In this document: positions 9,681 through 18,606 of the stretch, one piece after another
Layout of the letters: each line of letters starts with the position of its first letter
How positions within the stretch are numbered: the stretch's first letter is position 1
Assembly (NCBI GenBank): GCA_029262815.1
Contig: JAJCYS010000008.1
Span: forward strand, 21,898-85,897
Reading direction: 5' to 3'
DNA from: Deltaproteobacteria bacterium
GTDB taxonomy: Bacteria > Bdellovibrionota > JAJCYS01
Length of the DNA: 64,000 bases
Program-made: the position numbers and the translations under genes
The notes under the pieces: generated by a model
Database searches by the model: none
Seen by the model: only the letters and a program-made list of their open reading frames with translations
What the model was told of the DNA's origin: nothing

Positions 9681-10751
9681 ATGTTTTTATTATCTCGTAA
9701 CGAACATCATATATATTTGGATTTTGGGGGCTACTATACTAAAGTTGCCTATCTAACAAAACAGGGATCAAATCTTAAAGTTCAAAAATGTGTCCTAGAA
9801 CCGACGCCAGATGAATGCTTATCTGAAGAAGCTCCGACAGACCCACTGCGTATCAAAGAATTTCTATTTAAAACCCTCAAGCAATTTACACCAAGCGTAC
9901 GCAAAGAGGCTGAATACCATCTCATTTCTCCTGACCCCCATACCTTGATCAAGAAACTTCATCTACCGAAACCCCTACCAAAAGATCTAAATCAGCAAAT
10001 GGGCTTCGAAGCCGCCCAATATGCCCCCTATCCCATCGAAGATGCAGTTGTAGACTTCACCCGTGTGGATGACGATCCTTTTTTTAGAAATACGCTTGAT
10101 GAGAAAGAAGCGCAAATGCTTCTCACAATTACAAAAAACACGAGTATTCGACCGTGGATTACCTTATTTGAGGAAATGGACACCCCTTTAAGCTCGGTTG
10201 TGCCTGGAAGCGTTGGATTGTTAAACTTTGGCCTCCACTTACTCAGATCTCATCAGGCACACGATCAGTTGGCTTTAGTGCACATCGGAGATCGAAGCAC
10301 ACTCATGCTTTATATTTCTCAAGATTTGATTCGATTTTATTATGAACCCTGTGGGCTACTGGACTGCATTACACAAGCCACGAAACAATGCCATCTAACC
10401 TTACAAGAAGGTCGCTATTTTGCTACACATTTGTCCCAAAAAGATATCCCTGAGCTTTTTGTATCGTGCTTTTACAATGGGCTGTCCCGATTTACTGAGG
10501 ATATTACGGCCCGTTTACTCAAGTTATGTCCCCAACAAGAAGACAAAAAAACACGTGTACTCGTATCTGGCGGTGCTTGCTGTGTCTCCGAGCTCACCCA
10601 ACTCGTAGGCCGAGCACCTGAGTTGACGGTTGATTTACTGACGCCTGAATCCTACACCTCTCATCTCACGTTCGCTACACCAGGTATTCAAAACACTGTT
10701 TTCACCTTCTTTCCCAGCCTTTTAGGCCTTACAGGGAAAACAACCTCATGA
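9681..10751 (+). CDS. pilM: PilM-like actin-fold pilus assembly protein
   Basis: 356 aa. The N-terminal YLDFGGYYTKVA phosphate-1-like motif and a later SGGAC motif fit the size and order expected of PilM. First gene of the overlapped cluster. Confidence 0.7.
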   Translation: MFLLSRNEHHIYLDFGGYYTKVAYLTKQGSNLKVQKCVLEPTPDECLSEEAPTDPLRIKEFLFKTLKQFTPSVRKEAEYHLISPDPHTLIKKLHLPKPLPKDLNQQMGFEAAQYAPYPIEDAVVDFTRVDDDPFFRNTLDEKEAQMLLTITKNTSIRPWITLFEEMDTPLSSVVPGSVGLLNFGLHLLRSHQAHDQLALVHIGDRSTLMLYISQDLIRFYYEPCGLLDCITQATKQCHLTLQEGRYFATHLSQKDIPELFVSCFYNGLSRFTEDITARLLKLCPQQEDKKTRVLVSGGACCVSELTQLVGRAPELTVDLLTPESYTSHLTFATPGIQNTVFTFFPSLLGLTGKTTS

Positions 10752-11485
10752 GTGATATAAACCTACTGAATGACATCACGAATACTAATTCAAAAAAATC
10801 GAGAAAGTCGTTATTCGGAGGCCTTTTTTCTTCTTCTAATAAAGATCCCAAAAAACCGAAAAAATCGAGCCCCAAGCTCAGATCCCTCATTTACTTTTTC
10901 ATCCCACTTATCGCCTGTATCGCATTAGAAGGCATGTTTGAAGAATGGGCATTAGAAGCAACACAAAAATTAACCCGAACGCTATCCCAAAAGCAAAAAC
11001 AATTGACTAAAAACAACGACCGAACCCCTACCTCAGCTTCCCCTATGAAATCTGATTCACATGCAGTTCAGCAACTTACTAGAATTGCGCCTGAGAGTTG
11101 GATAAAACTTAAAGACGCATTATCTTCTGATCTACGTATGTTAGCGCCTTATAACAGTAAGGTTGACCCGCTAAGATCAAAAAACTATTTGCAACAGATG
11201 AGTCAAGCGTTGCCAAAAGAGGTATGGGTAAAACGATTTTCAATTCAGACCCAAAAACCGCTAATATCAGTAGAAGGATATGCCTTTACCTCCGAAAGCG
11301 TCCTGCTGTTCCTTTCTAATCTCAAAAAACAATCTCTCTTTCAAGGCATTGACCTATCTTTTTCCAAACCTACAAGAGATCATGGATTGCTAGAGCACCA
11401 CTTTCAGATGAAAACACCAGGAGATACCCCTACCCATCTCTCATGGATTCCGATTAGGAACTCATTAACTTGGGGGTTACTATGA
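10748..11485 (+). CDS. pilN: PilN-like bitopic membrane protein
   Basis: N-terminal MSDINLLND (the INLL motif typical of PilN), a K-rich linker and a single TM (LIYFFIPLIACIALEGMF). ATGA overlap with pilM. Confidence 0.65.
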   Translation: MSDINLLNDITNTNSKKSRKSLFGGLFSSSNKDPKKPKKSSPKLRSLIYFFIPLIACIALEGMFEEWALEATQKLTRTLSQKQKQLTKNNDRTPTSASPMKSDSHAVQQLTRIAPESWIKLKDALSSDLRMLAPYNSKVDPLRSKNYLQQMSQALPKEVWVKRFSIQTQKPLISVEGYAFTSESVLLFLSNLKKQSLFQGIDLSFSKPTRDHGLLEHHFQMKTPGDTPTHLSWIPIRNSLTWGLL

Positions 11486-11523
11486 GTAGAAGACAGTTGT
11501 TAAAATAGGGATAGAGCAGGTTC

Positions 11524-12156
11524 ATGAGACCATTAACTTTTTTTTGGATTGGATTATTAGTCGGAATCGGCTATTTAGGCAGCAGTTTTTATATTCATCT
11601 CAATTTAATCGAGAAAACAGGCAAAAAAGTAACCAAAAAATTGACTGAGTTAAAAAAAGAGAGTTCGAAAAGAAAACCCACTCAGGCTACAACGCCAGCA
11701 CAACAGCTTGTGACTACCCCACAAATGACTCAACCTCCACAGACATCCCATCCCATTAAAACGGAGATAACCGATTTACTGGAAAGGGTGAGATCCCTAG
11801 AAAGTACATTTTCGAATGCTCAACAAAACATCCAGAACATGGTGACTCGTCTTGTAAAGTTAGGTAAGCAACATCATTTAACCTTTCTTGATTACCAAAA
11901 ACATGGCTCGAAGACATTAAACCAGACCTCAAGTGTCACGACATTTTCAGCCACTTTATCGCTTGGTGGACAGTTTGAGCATATCCTGAATTATCTTGGG
12001 GCATTGCATGAACGGAGCCTGGCATTGCCGCTCATGCAAGTCGAAGTGCTCGCAACCTCCGAAGACAATACAATGTTGAGGCTCAAATTCAGTTACCCCA
12101 ATAATTTGCCTACCCTCATCGAAAAATACCAATCTAAATTAAGCGAGACTTTATGA
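11524..12156 (+). CDS. pilO: PilO-like bitopic membrane protein
   Basis: N-terminal TM (FFWIGLLVGIGYLGSSFYI), a P/T/Q-rich linker, a coiled coil and a C-terminal PilO-like region (ATLSLGGQFEHILNYLGALH). Confidence 0.6.
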   Translation: MRPLTFFWIGLLVGIGYLGSSFYIHLNLIEKTGKKVTKKLTELKKESSKRKPTQATTPAQQLVTTPQMTQPPQTSHPIKTEITDLLERVRSLESTFSNAQQNIQNMVTRLVKLGKQHHLTFLDYQKHGSKTLNQTSSVTTFSATLSLGGQFEHILNYLGALHERSLALPLMQVEVLATSEDNTMLRLKFSYPNNLPTLIEKYQSKLSETL

Positions 12157-12539
12157 TCAAACAATGGGGGATGTTTGCAGCATGTGTAACTTTTCTACTA
12201 ACGCCATCCTTTGGGTATACAAAAGCCCGTGAGCCCTTTCGTCCGCTCCTTACGCATGCGAAAAACGGACTGACCAGTAAACGATTTCCTTTCGAAAGTT
12301 ACAAAGCGATCGGGCTTATGAAAAGCCAGCGAATTGAATCTTTGATATTAGAAGCGCCAAATGGTGAGATCTTTGCGATCCTGAAACAGGAGACCTTAGG
12401 TCTAGAACAGTTTAAATGGAGTCATACCCGTTTTGCTTTTAAAGAAACTGTGATCACATTCACAAAATCAATAAAAAACATGAATGGCGCATCCATCACC
12501 CACAAAAAAGCAAAACGGATCCTTAGGGGGCAGCCTTAA
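12153..12539 (+). CDS. pilP: PilP-like small periplasmic/lipoprotein component
   Basis: 128 aa with a signal sequence, then REPFRPLL (resembling the PilP (R)DPF motif) and a beta-rich C-terminus. ATGA overlap upstream and TAATG overlap downstream. Confidence 0.55.
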   Translation: MIKQWGMFAACVTFLLTPSFGYTKAREPFRPLLTHAKNGLTSKRFPFESYKAIGLMKSQRIESLILEAPNGEIFAILKQETLGLEQFKWSHTRFAFKETVITFTKSIKNMNGASITHKKAKRILRGQP

Positions 12540-13987
12540 TGATCGCTCGAAAATACTGGTACTTTGTAGGAATAAACCTGCTGTTTCTAAGTCTGTCAAC
12601 GTTAGCTTTCGATAATCCTAAGGTGTTTTCTATCAATGATGATTTAGATTTATTTTCTCCTCACCAAAAAGGTGAAACTCGGAAACTGGCTTCAGAAACC
12701 CTGTCTTTAGTTAAGAAATCCAAACAAAGTGAAACGATATCCACCCTCGCAGAGGTGACATCTCCTGTAATTGTACCTCCCAGAGTCAATCGTATCATTC
12801 AAGCTGAAAAACCAAATGCGCCTCTTTTGCTCGAGCGTGTTGACGAGCTGGGCAAAAAAGTGCCTTTGCAAACCGTAGACGTAAGTCAACTGAATTGGAC
12901 CCGGCCTGAAATTAAACGATCCCTGCAAACAGCAACTGCACCCTCTCAGAGAAACATGCGGTCACGCTCTCTAGACAGGCCATCGGTGAGAACAAGTCCA
13001 CAGATCGATTATAGACCTACAGCCACAGCACAACCTTCACCGTCCTATATTGGACAACAACCTACAATATCTCTTCACCTTGCAAAAGTGCCCATTGCAG
13101 TGGCCTTAAAAGCCCTAGCTCATATGATTAAAAAGGATTTAGTTCTCCCACAACCCATCCCAGGCAGCATTACGATCTTTGTTCAAAATCAGCCCTGGTC
13201 AAAAGTATTAGATCTGATTCTAAAATCCAGCCCCTATACCTGGAATTTAGATAAAACAATTCTCGTCGTACACAAAGAAGGGCCTGCTGCACCCGAAAAG
13301 CGAAACCTTCAACACAGGGAATTTTTCTTAAACTATTTGACCGCCAAACAAGCCGCCAAATTGGTCCGCCCCTTTCTTTCAAAAAATGGCCAGGTCAGTC
13401 CTCACGCAAATCGCAACATATTGATCGTTGCGGATACATCCGAGGTGCTTGAGACTATAGCCCGAATTGTTGAGGCAGGCGACTTACCTAGACAAACAGT
13501 ACGAATCAAAACATTATGGGCAGAGCTCTCACCTGAAGCAGCAAATTCTTTAGGTATTCGACAATCTCATGGGCACTTTACACTCGGGCAGAGTTATAAC
13601 GCGCTTCGAACAAAACTCAGAGCCCTCGAATCAAGTGGGCAAGTGACCGTACTCTCAGATCCTCAAATCATTACCCTCAATCATCGGGAATCTAAACTTA
13701 CTCAGACCGATTTATATACCAAGTATCGCGCGACTCTAGTACACAGCATCTCCACAAGCTTTAAACCCCAGGTAATCAATAATCAATGGATTGAACTCAC
13801 GATCAACTTAACCCATAGCAATCCCAGCCACCGAAACGACACACCAGAGCATACCCAAACGACGCACACGACCCTTCTCGTCAAGCCTGAAGATACAATA
13901 GCCATCGGGGGACTCAGCCCTATGCATACGGGCAAAAGCCAAGGTGAACGCGTCCTGATTGCTTTTATTTCTGCTGACTTACTTTAG
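12539..13987 (+). CDS. pilQ: PilQ-like secretin, divergent (N0 + N1 + short secretin domain lacking the C-terminal VPxLGxxPxLGxLF motif)
   Basis: N0-like ISLHLAKVPIAVALKALAHMIKKDLVLPQPIPGSITIFVQNQPWSKVLDLIL. N1-like FFLNYLTAKQAAKLVRPFLS...ILIVADTSEVLETI...RQTVRIKTLWAEL. Secretin core: LESSGQVTVLSDPQIITLNHRES...IAIGGL...LIAFISADLL. Confidence 0.65.
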   Translation: MIARKYWYFVGINLLFLSLSTLAFDNPKVFSINDDLDLFSPHQKGETRKLASETLSLVKKSKQSETISTLAEVTSPVIVPPRVNRIIQAEKPNAPLLLERVDELGKKVPLQTVDVSQLNWTRPEIKRSLQTATAPSQRNMRSRSLDRPSVRTSPQIDYRPTATAQPSPSYIGQQPTISLHLAKVPIAVALKALAHMIKKDLVLPQPIPGSITIFVQNQPWSKVLDLILKSSPYTWNLDKTILVVHKEGPAAPEKRNLQHREFFLNYLTAKQAAKLVRPFLSKNGQVSPHANRNILIVADTSEVLETIARIVEAGDLPRQTVRIKTLWAELSPEAANSLGIRQSHGHFTLGQSYNALRTKLRALESSGQVTVLSDPQIITLNHRESKLTQTDLYTKYRATLVHSISTSFKPQVINNQWIELTINLTHSNPSHRNDTPEHTQTTHTTLLVKPEDTIAIGGLSPMHTGKSQGERVLIAFISADLL

Positions 13988-14031
13988 GGCGTGTCCTCAT
14001 AAGGGACTTGGCACAGGTTTTGCATTAATAC

Positions 14032-15405
14032 ATGCGCATGGGGATGCGTAGCGCTGCAGTGTTAATCACCTTGAGCTTTGCATCTATCTGTAGCGCTAGC
14101 GCTCCCCGGTATGCACCTATCGTGCTCAACCACCATTTGTATTATGGACAGAGTTATACGTACCCCATTTTTTTTGTGCCTAAGGAAGTTATTTTTCATC
14201 CGTCATCTGGTGTAAAAGTAGCTTGGCATGAACAAACCCATGCGCTCCGATTTACGACAACCAAAGAAGGTGTGTTTGGCGTCCAGGTTTTGCATCCAAA
14301 CGGCACTTGGTATCATCTACATGTCACGGTTTATCCGCCTCATTTGAAATCACTTGCGGAAGTTTTCCAAATTTTATGTTTGCGAGGGGGCGTAATCAGT
14401 TCGTCATTTCGTTCAGAAAATATGATCCATGTTTCGGGTATCGTATATGGTCTGAAAGACTGGATTTTTTATAGTAAATCGGTTCAGAAATTTTCAACTT
14501 CCTTGTATTCTTCCGTCACCTTGTATACGCCTGCTTTGTACCTGCTGGTCAATACCATGAATCAATGGGTGGATGACACATTTAAAAAATCCTTGAAACT
14601 TTCATACGCAGACCAGGCACTATCAGTCAAAGGGCATCTGACTTCTCCCACTGACAAAGAGAAGCTTTTAAAAGGGCTTAACACTTTCTTCCCTAAAATA
14701 AATAGTACGCACCTTTATACGGGGTTGACGCAACAAGATCAACTCCATCTCTCTCTTGAATTTTTAGAAGTTAAAAATGGACAATCACTGCAATTTGGCG
14801 TCAATCACGCTCAACCCATTTTGCTTCGACCTAGTGGGACACTATGGGCGGCTTTACATGCATTACTCAAATCAGGAAAAGCGAAGGTCCTCTCAAATCC
14901 CAAGGTGATCGCTCGGTATCACAAACCCGCGCACTTACACATCGGCGGTGAGTTGCCTTATGAAATTAAAACGAAGCACCGCCTTAATTTAGGGTGGAAG
15001 AAATATGGGATTGTGCTTGAAATTACACCCACCCCTGTTGAAAAGGCATCTGTCCATCTTCAATTTAAATTAACGGTGTCTTATCCTACGGCCTCACCCA
15101 CAACCAGTACCCATTTGCCAGCATTTAGCACCCGGTCGATTCAGTCGGAGGTCGTTGTCCCCTTGGGGCACACAGCAATATTGTCTGGCATGTTTCACCA
15201 GCTCAGCCATGACAACACAACGGGTACTCCTTTTTTAGGCCGAGTACCTTTATTAGGCTACCTATTTAAGACAAGCAGCATCGAACACAAACAGACGGAA
15301 TTAATTGTCTCTATTACGCCCAAACCTTATGGAAAAACAAGTCATGCCACACACGCCCGGCATAACTTACTGAATACACAGATACCCCATGTGCCAAAAC
15401 TCTAG
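14032..15405 (+). CDS. CpaC/RcpA-like secretin
   Basis: Signal peptide, then a beta-rich pilus-N-terminal-type domain (GQSYTYPIFF...VFGVQVLHPNGTWYHLHVTVYP). Canonical secretin C-terminus: KVLSNPKVIA..., GTPFLGRVPLLGYLFKTSSIEHKQTELIVSITPKP. Confidence 0.75.
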   Translation: MRMGMRSAAVLITLSFASICSASAPRYAPIVLNHHLYYGQSYTYPIFFVPKEVIFHPSSGVKVAWHEQTHALRFTTTKEGVFGVQVLHPNGTWYHLHVTVYPPHLKSLAEVFQILCLRGGVISSSFRSENMIHVSGIVYGLKDWIFYSKSVQKFSTSLYSSVTLYTPALYLLVNTMNQWVDDTFKKSLKLSYADQALSVKGHLTSPTDKEKLLKGLNTFFPKINSTHLYTGLTQQDQLHLSLEFLEVKNGQSLQFGVNHAQPILLRPSGTLWAALHALLKSGKAKVLSNPKVIARYHKPAHLHIGGELPYEIKTKHRLNLGWKKYGIVLEITPTPVEKASVHLQFKLTVSYPTASPTTSTHLPAFSTRSIQSEVVVPLGHTAILSGMFHQLSHDNTTGTPFLGRVPLLGYLFKTSSIEHKQTELIVSITPKPYGKTSHATHARHNLLNTQIPHVPKL

Positions 15406-16774
15406 CCCCACGCTTTTGACTGCTGTTCATTATTTTGATTTCCACAGAGATCAACGTTCTCTTTTTTACAATGTGGGCGAACAGGTATCGATTGGTCCCT
15501 ACACACAGTGTCAGGTTACCTTGCCAACACCCTCTTTGTTCAAAGGTGTGGTTACGTTGAATGACAGACATGAATTGACGCAATTCAAAAATTTTCACAT
15601 GTTTCAAACCGCTGATCAGGCTATGCCTTGCTTCTTGTTTCGAGGATTAAAAAATGAAACCTGGACGCAGGAACAAGATGGCATCATGCTCACTATTCGT
15701 CGATCATGGCAGCCGTTTGAACTCCTCATTGACACTTTGGTTGAAGAGATCAGTTTTGCACCCACAGATTCGCTTGAAAAACAAATTTCAACATTACTGC
15801 CAGAAGAAATTTTAGCCCTTTGGCCCTTGGATCAAATTACACATGCCATCACACAACATCAGTCGGGATTCGGCGATATCGACGCCTTGATGAAAAACAG
15901 CGAGGTTACGGAAATTCTAGTGAATGGATGCGAAAGTGTGTATTACGAAAAAAACGGTGAAATGATTCGCCACGAAGCCGTACTTTCATCTTTACGCCTG
16001 GAACGGTTGATAACCAAACTGGTACAAAATACTGGGCGTTCTGTAAACACGAAGCGGCCCATGGTGGATTTTCAACTTCCTTCGGGTGAACGCGTAAACA
16101 TCATTTTGCCCCCGCTATCAAAGCAAGGGGCATTGATCAGTATTCGAAAATTCAAACGCACCTTAAATTCGCTCGATGCGCTCAGTGAAAAAGGTACGTT
16201 TAATGAAGAAGCCAAAATAAAACTTAAAGAGTGTGTGCTGTCTAAGAAAAATATTTTGGTCTCTGGGGGAACGGGAACCGGAAAGACAACGTTATTGAAT
16301 GCGCTTCTTTCAGCAACGAGCAAGACTGAACGGCTTCTGATTGTCGAAGACTCGAGCGAACTTGCACCTGATCATCCGCATACATTGAGCCTTGAGGCTC
16401 GACCCCCTAATGAAGATCCCCAAAACGAAATTACCCTTGCAGCATTGATCAAAAACACCCTTCGCATGCGCCCTACACGGGTCATTTGCGGTGAGTGTCG
16501 TGGCCCTGAAGCCTTTCAGATGCTTTTAGCTATGAATTCAGGGCACCCAGGAAGTATGACGACGATTCATGCCAACAGTCCCCTTGAGGCTCTATATCGG
16601 CTGGAGATATTTCTGCTCATGGCAGGCTTCGATGTGCCGCACCGAGCACTTCGTCAATTTATTGCTTCTGCGATCGATGTTGTGGTCCAAATGACCCATA
16701 ATGGCCAGAGACAAATCTCAGAAATGTCCGTTATTAGCCTCGTAGATGGACAATATACCCTTGTTCCTTTATAA
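15389..16774 (+). CDS. CpaF/TadA (VirB11-superfamily) secretion ATPase with atypical N-terminal region
   Basis: Walker A VSGGTGTGKTTLLNAL, Walker B LLIVEDSSEL, and RVICGECRGPEAFQMLLAMNSGHPGSMTTIHANSP. ATG 15389 overlaps the secretin 3' end by 17 nt. Confidence 0.8.
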   Translation: MCQNSSPTLLTAVHYFDFHRDQRSLFYNVGEQVSIGPYTQCQVTLPTPSLFKGVVTLNDRHELTQFKNFHMFQTADQAMPCFLFRGLKNETWTQEQDGIMLTIRRSWQPFELLIDTLVEEISFAPTDSLEKQISTLLPEEILALWPLDQITHAITQHQSGFGDIDALMKNSEVTEILVNGCESVYYEKNGEMIRHEAVLSSLRLERLITKLVQNTGRSVNTKRPMVDFQLPSGERVNIILPPLSKQGALISIRKFKRTLNSLDALSEKGTFNEEAKIKLKECVLSKKNILVSGGTGTGKTTLLNALLSATSKTERLLIVEDSSELAPDHPHTLSLEARPPNEDPQNEITLAALIKNTLRMRPTRVICGECRGPEAFQMLLAMNSGHPGSMTTIHANSPLEALYRLEIFLLMAGFDVPHRALRQFIASAIDVVVQMTHNGQRQISEMSVISLVDGQYTLVPL

Positions 16775-16803
16775 ACTTATTCTTAAAAATCAAATAAAAA
16801 TTA

Positions 16804-16831
16804 TTTACTTATAAAGTATTATACGTATAAT
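16804..16831 (+). promoter_or_regulatory. Candidate promoter giving a near-leaderless transcript for the 16841 gene
   Basis: TTTACT (16804-16809), 16-nt spacer, perfect TATAAT (16826-16831). The ATG at 16841 is only 9 nt after the -10 box, and no Shine-Dalgarno is visible. Confidence 0.35.
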
Positions 16832-16840
16832 ACACAGGTC

Positions 16841-17785
16841 ATGAAAAAAGGTCTGTTTTTACGCGCCATACTTATCACGTTATTTGCACTGTGTAGCCAT
16901 ACAGCCATTTCATGTGAGGGTATCCATGAGAAACTTAGAAAACTGAGTTGGTTTCATAGTTACCTTGCCCAAACATTCGAAAGCAGTAAATCCCTGACAA
17001 AAGAAACTGGGGAACGTGCCTTATCCGTTTGGCTGAAAGTGCCTCACTTACTACCTGAAAACGGCGTAGTTCATGTAATAGGACCAGGCGATAATTATTT
17101 TGAATGGGCCATATTCTTGTTGGTCAGACCCGATATCAAGCAAATTATTATCAGTGAAATTGGCAGAAATAATATAGGCGACAATTATGACTTTGATGTC
17201 ATATGGCCCATGTTGAACAAAAAACTCCCTCTTCTACTGGCACGTTCAAAGATTGACACCGTACAGGCACTCAAAAAATTAATTGATGAAAAAATCTGGT
17301 ACAACACGAACATAAATAATAGCCATTTCCCGAAGCATCCTAGACCCTTCTCGGTGTATCCTGTCAGACCCGAATCCAAAGAGTTACCCATTCCTAAAGC
17401 AGATTTAATCCTTTCAGCAAATCCAAACGGTACCCTGATCGATAGACATGCTGACTCTTATTTTTCTCATCTCAAACCGTCAGGGATTATATGGATAATT
17501 ACAGAATTCTATGACAAAAATATTAGACTAGATGAATCCTATGGACAAAATTACATCCCCCTAAACAAAAGTTACCTTTCTTTATTAATGCCCTCTGACC
17601 CAATTCAACGGGCTTTAAAACGTGTTGAATTTCTAGGACAGGGCGTATTTAACGCTAGTAATGCTTTTCTTCTGATGCATCCCACATTGAAACAAGAATC
17701 AATTCGACCAGCTCGTCAATTTGAATCTTTGAAAAGCCCTGACAATGAACAAGATTCAGACCCAAGGCCCAGAACACATCGTTAG
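16841..17785 (+). CDS. Exported protein with class I SAM-methyltransferase-like motif order
   Basis: Signal peptide MKKGLFLRAILITLFALCSHTAIS. Rossmann-like VVHVIGPGDN (motif I-like), IIISEIG (acidic end of beta2), ADLILSANP and LKPSGIIWIITEF. Call made from motifs only. Confidence 0.4.
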   Translation: MKKGLFLRAILITLFALCSHTAISCEGIHEKLRKLSWFHSYLAQTFESSKSLTKETGERALSVWLKVPHLLPENGVVHVIGPGDNYFEWAIFLLVRPDIKQIIISEIGRNNIGDNYDFDVIWPMLNKKLPLLLARSKIDTVQALKKLIDEKIWYNTNINNSHFPKHPRPFSVYPVRPESKELPIPKADLILSANPNGTLIDRHADSYFSHLKPSGIIWIITEFYDKNIRLDESYGQNYIPLNKSYLSLLMPSDPIQRALKRVEFLGQGVFNASNAFLLMHPTLKQESIRPARQFESLKSPDNEQDSDPRPRTHR

Positions 17786-17794
17786 GACACAAAC

Positions 17795-18583
17795 CTATTG
17801 CGTATCCTTAGACATGCCATCCTCAGCTAGTTCTGTGCGACGTGTGTGTTCAATTTTTTCTTTTTCTTCAGAGAAATAAGGCAGATGGGCATTGGCGAGT
17901 TCTTGAAGATTCTGATCTGTTGAGCTAGACAAGTGCTTTGTATATGCATAACCAAGCTCAACCGCATCACTATATAATTTGTAGTTCAGACCAATAAATA
18001 TTTCATACATCGTGTATATATAGACATTAGCGACAAGAAACTTAGGACCCGAACGTTCGTCAGGGTGTACCGTAGAAGTCTCTTTGGGGTCGAATCGACT
18101 AAGACCATATTCAATAGTTTCCATGTCAACAGCACGTACGATATCCAGGCCTCTCAAGATTTCTTTTGCAATCATATGTTGAATTTGTACAACCAATTTT
18201 ACAAACTGAGCCCCTTTTACACAGGATTCGATTTCTTGATATTTTTGAATCTCTCTTTGAGTTCCTCTTTTCCACTGTGAAATTGGTTTTTGATACCGTT
18301 TGATCCGACCTCGAATTTGGCTCATCCATTTCCAAGCAGATGCACCCACATGAATGTTTTGATCTAATTTTAGCTCAATCTTGTGTGCACGCCTCGATAA
18401 GTCGTTAAGTGCCTGCTCAGTTTCACTTAAAGCTGCAAGTGTTTTCTCAAAAAACATGAGCGCTTTCGTTTGGTCCAATGCCGCTTTATTAACTTGATCT
18501 CCATCACAGAGCTCCAACGCATGAGTCGTCAGAGATCCACTCATACACATAAGACTTACAGCCCACATAACTCTAGTTTTCAT
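17795..18583 (-). CDS. Secreted helical protein, paralog 1 of a tandem triplet
   Basis: Signal peptide ...SGSLTTHA, then LELCDGDQVNK, a second conserved Cys (ESCVKG) and LPYFSEEKEKIE near the C-terminus. GAAGGAG SD. Confidence 0.7.
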   Translation of the reverse strand: MKTRVMWAVSLMCMSGSLTTHALELCDGDQVNKAALDQTKALMFFEKTLAALSETEQALNDLSRRAHKIELKLDQNIHVGASAWKWMSQIRGRIKRYQKPISQWKRGTQREIQKYQEIESCVKGAQFVKLVVQIQHMIAKEILRGLDIVRAVDMETIEYGLSRFDPKETSTVHPDERSGPKFLVANVYIYTMYEIFIGLNYKLYSDAVELGYAYTKHLSSSTDQNLQELANAHLPYFSEEKEKIEHTRRTELAEDGMSKDTQ

Positions 18584-18606
18584 ATAAATACTCCTTCAAC
18601 AAATAT

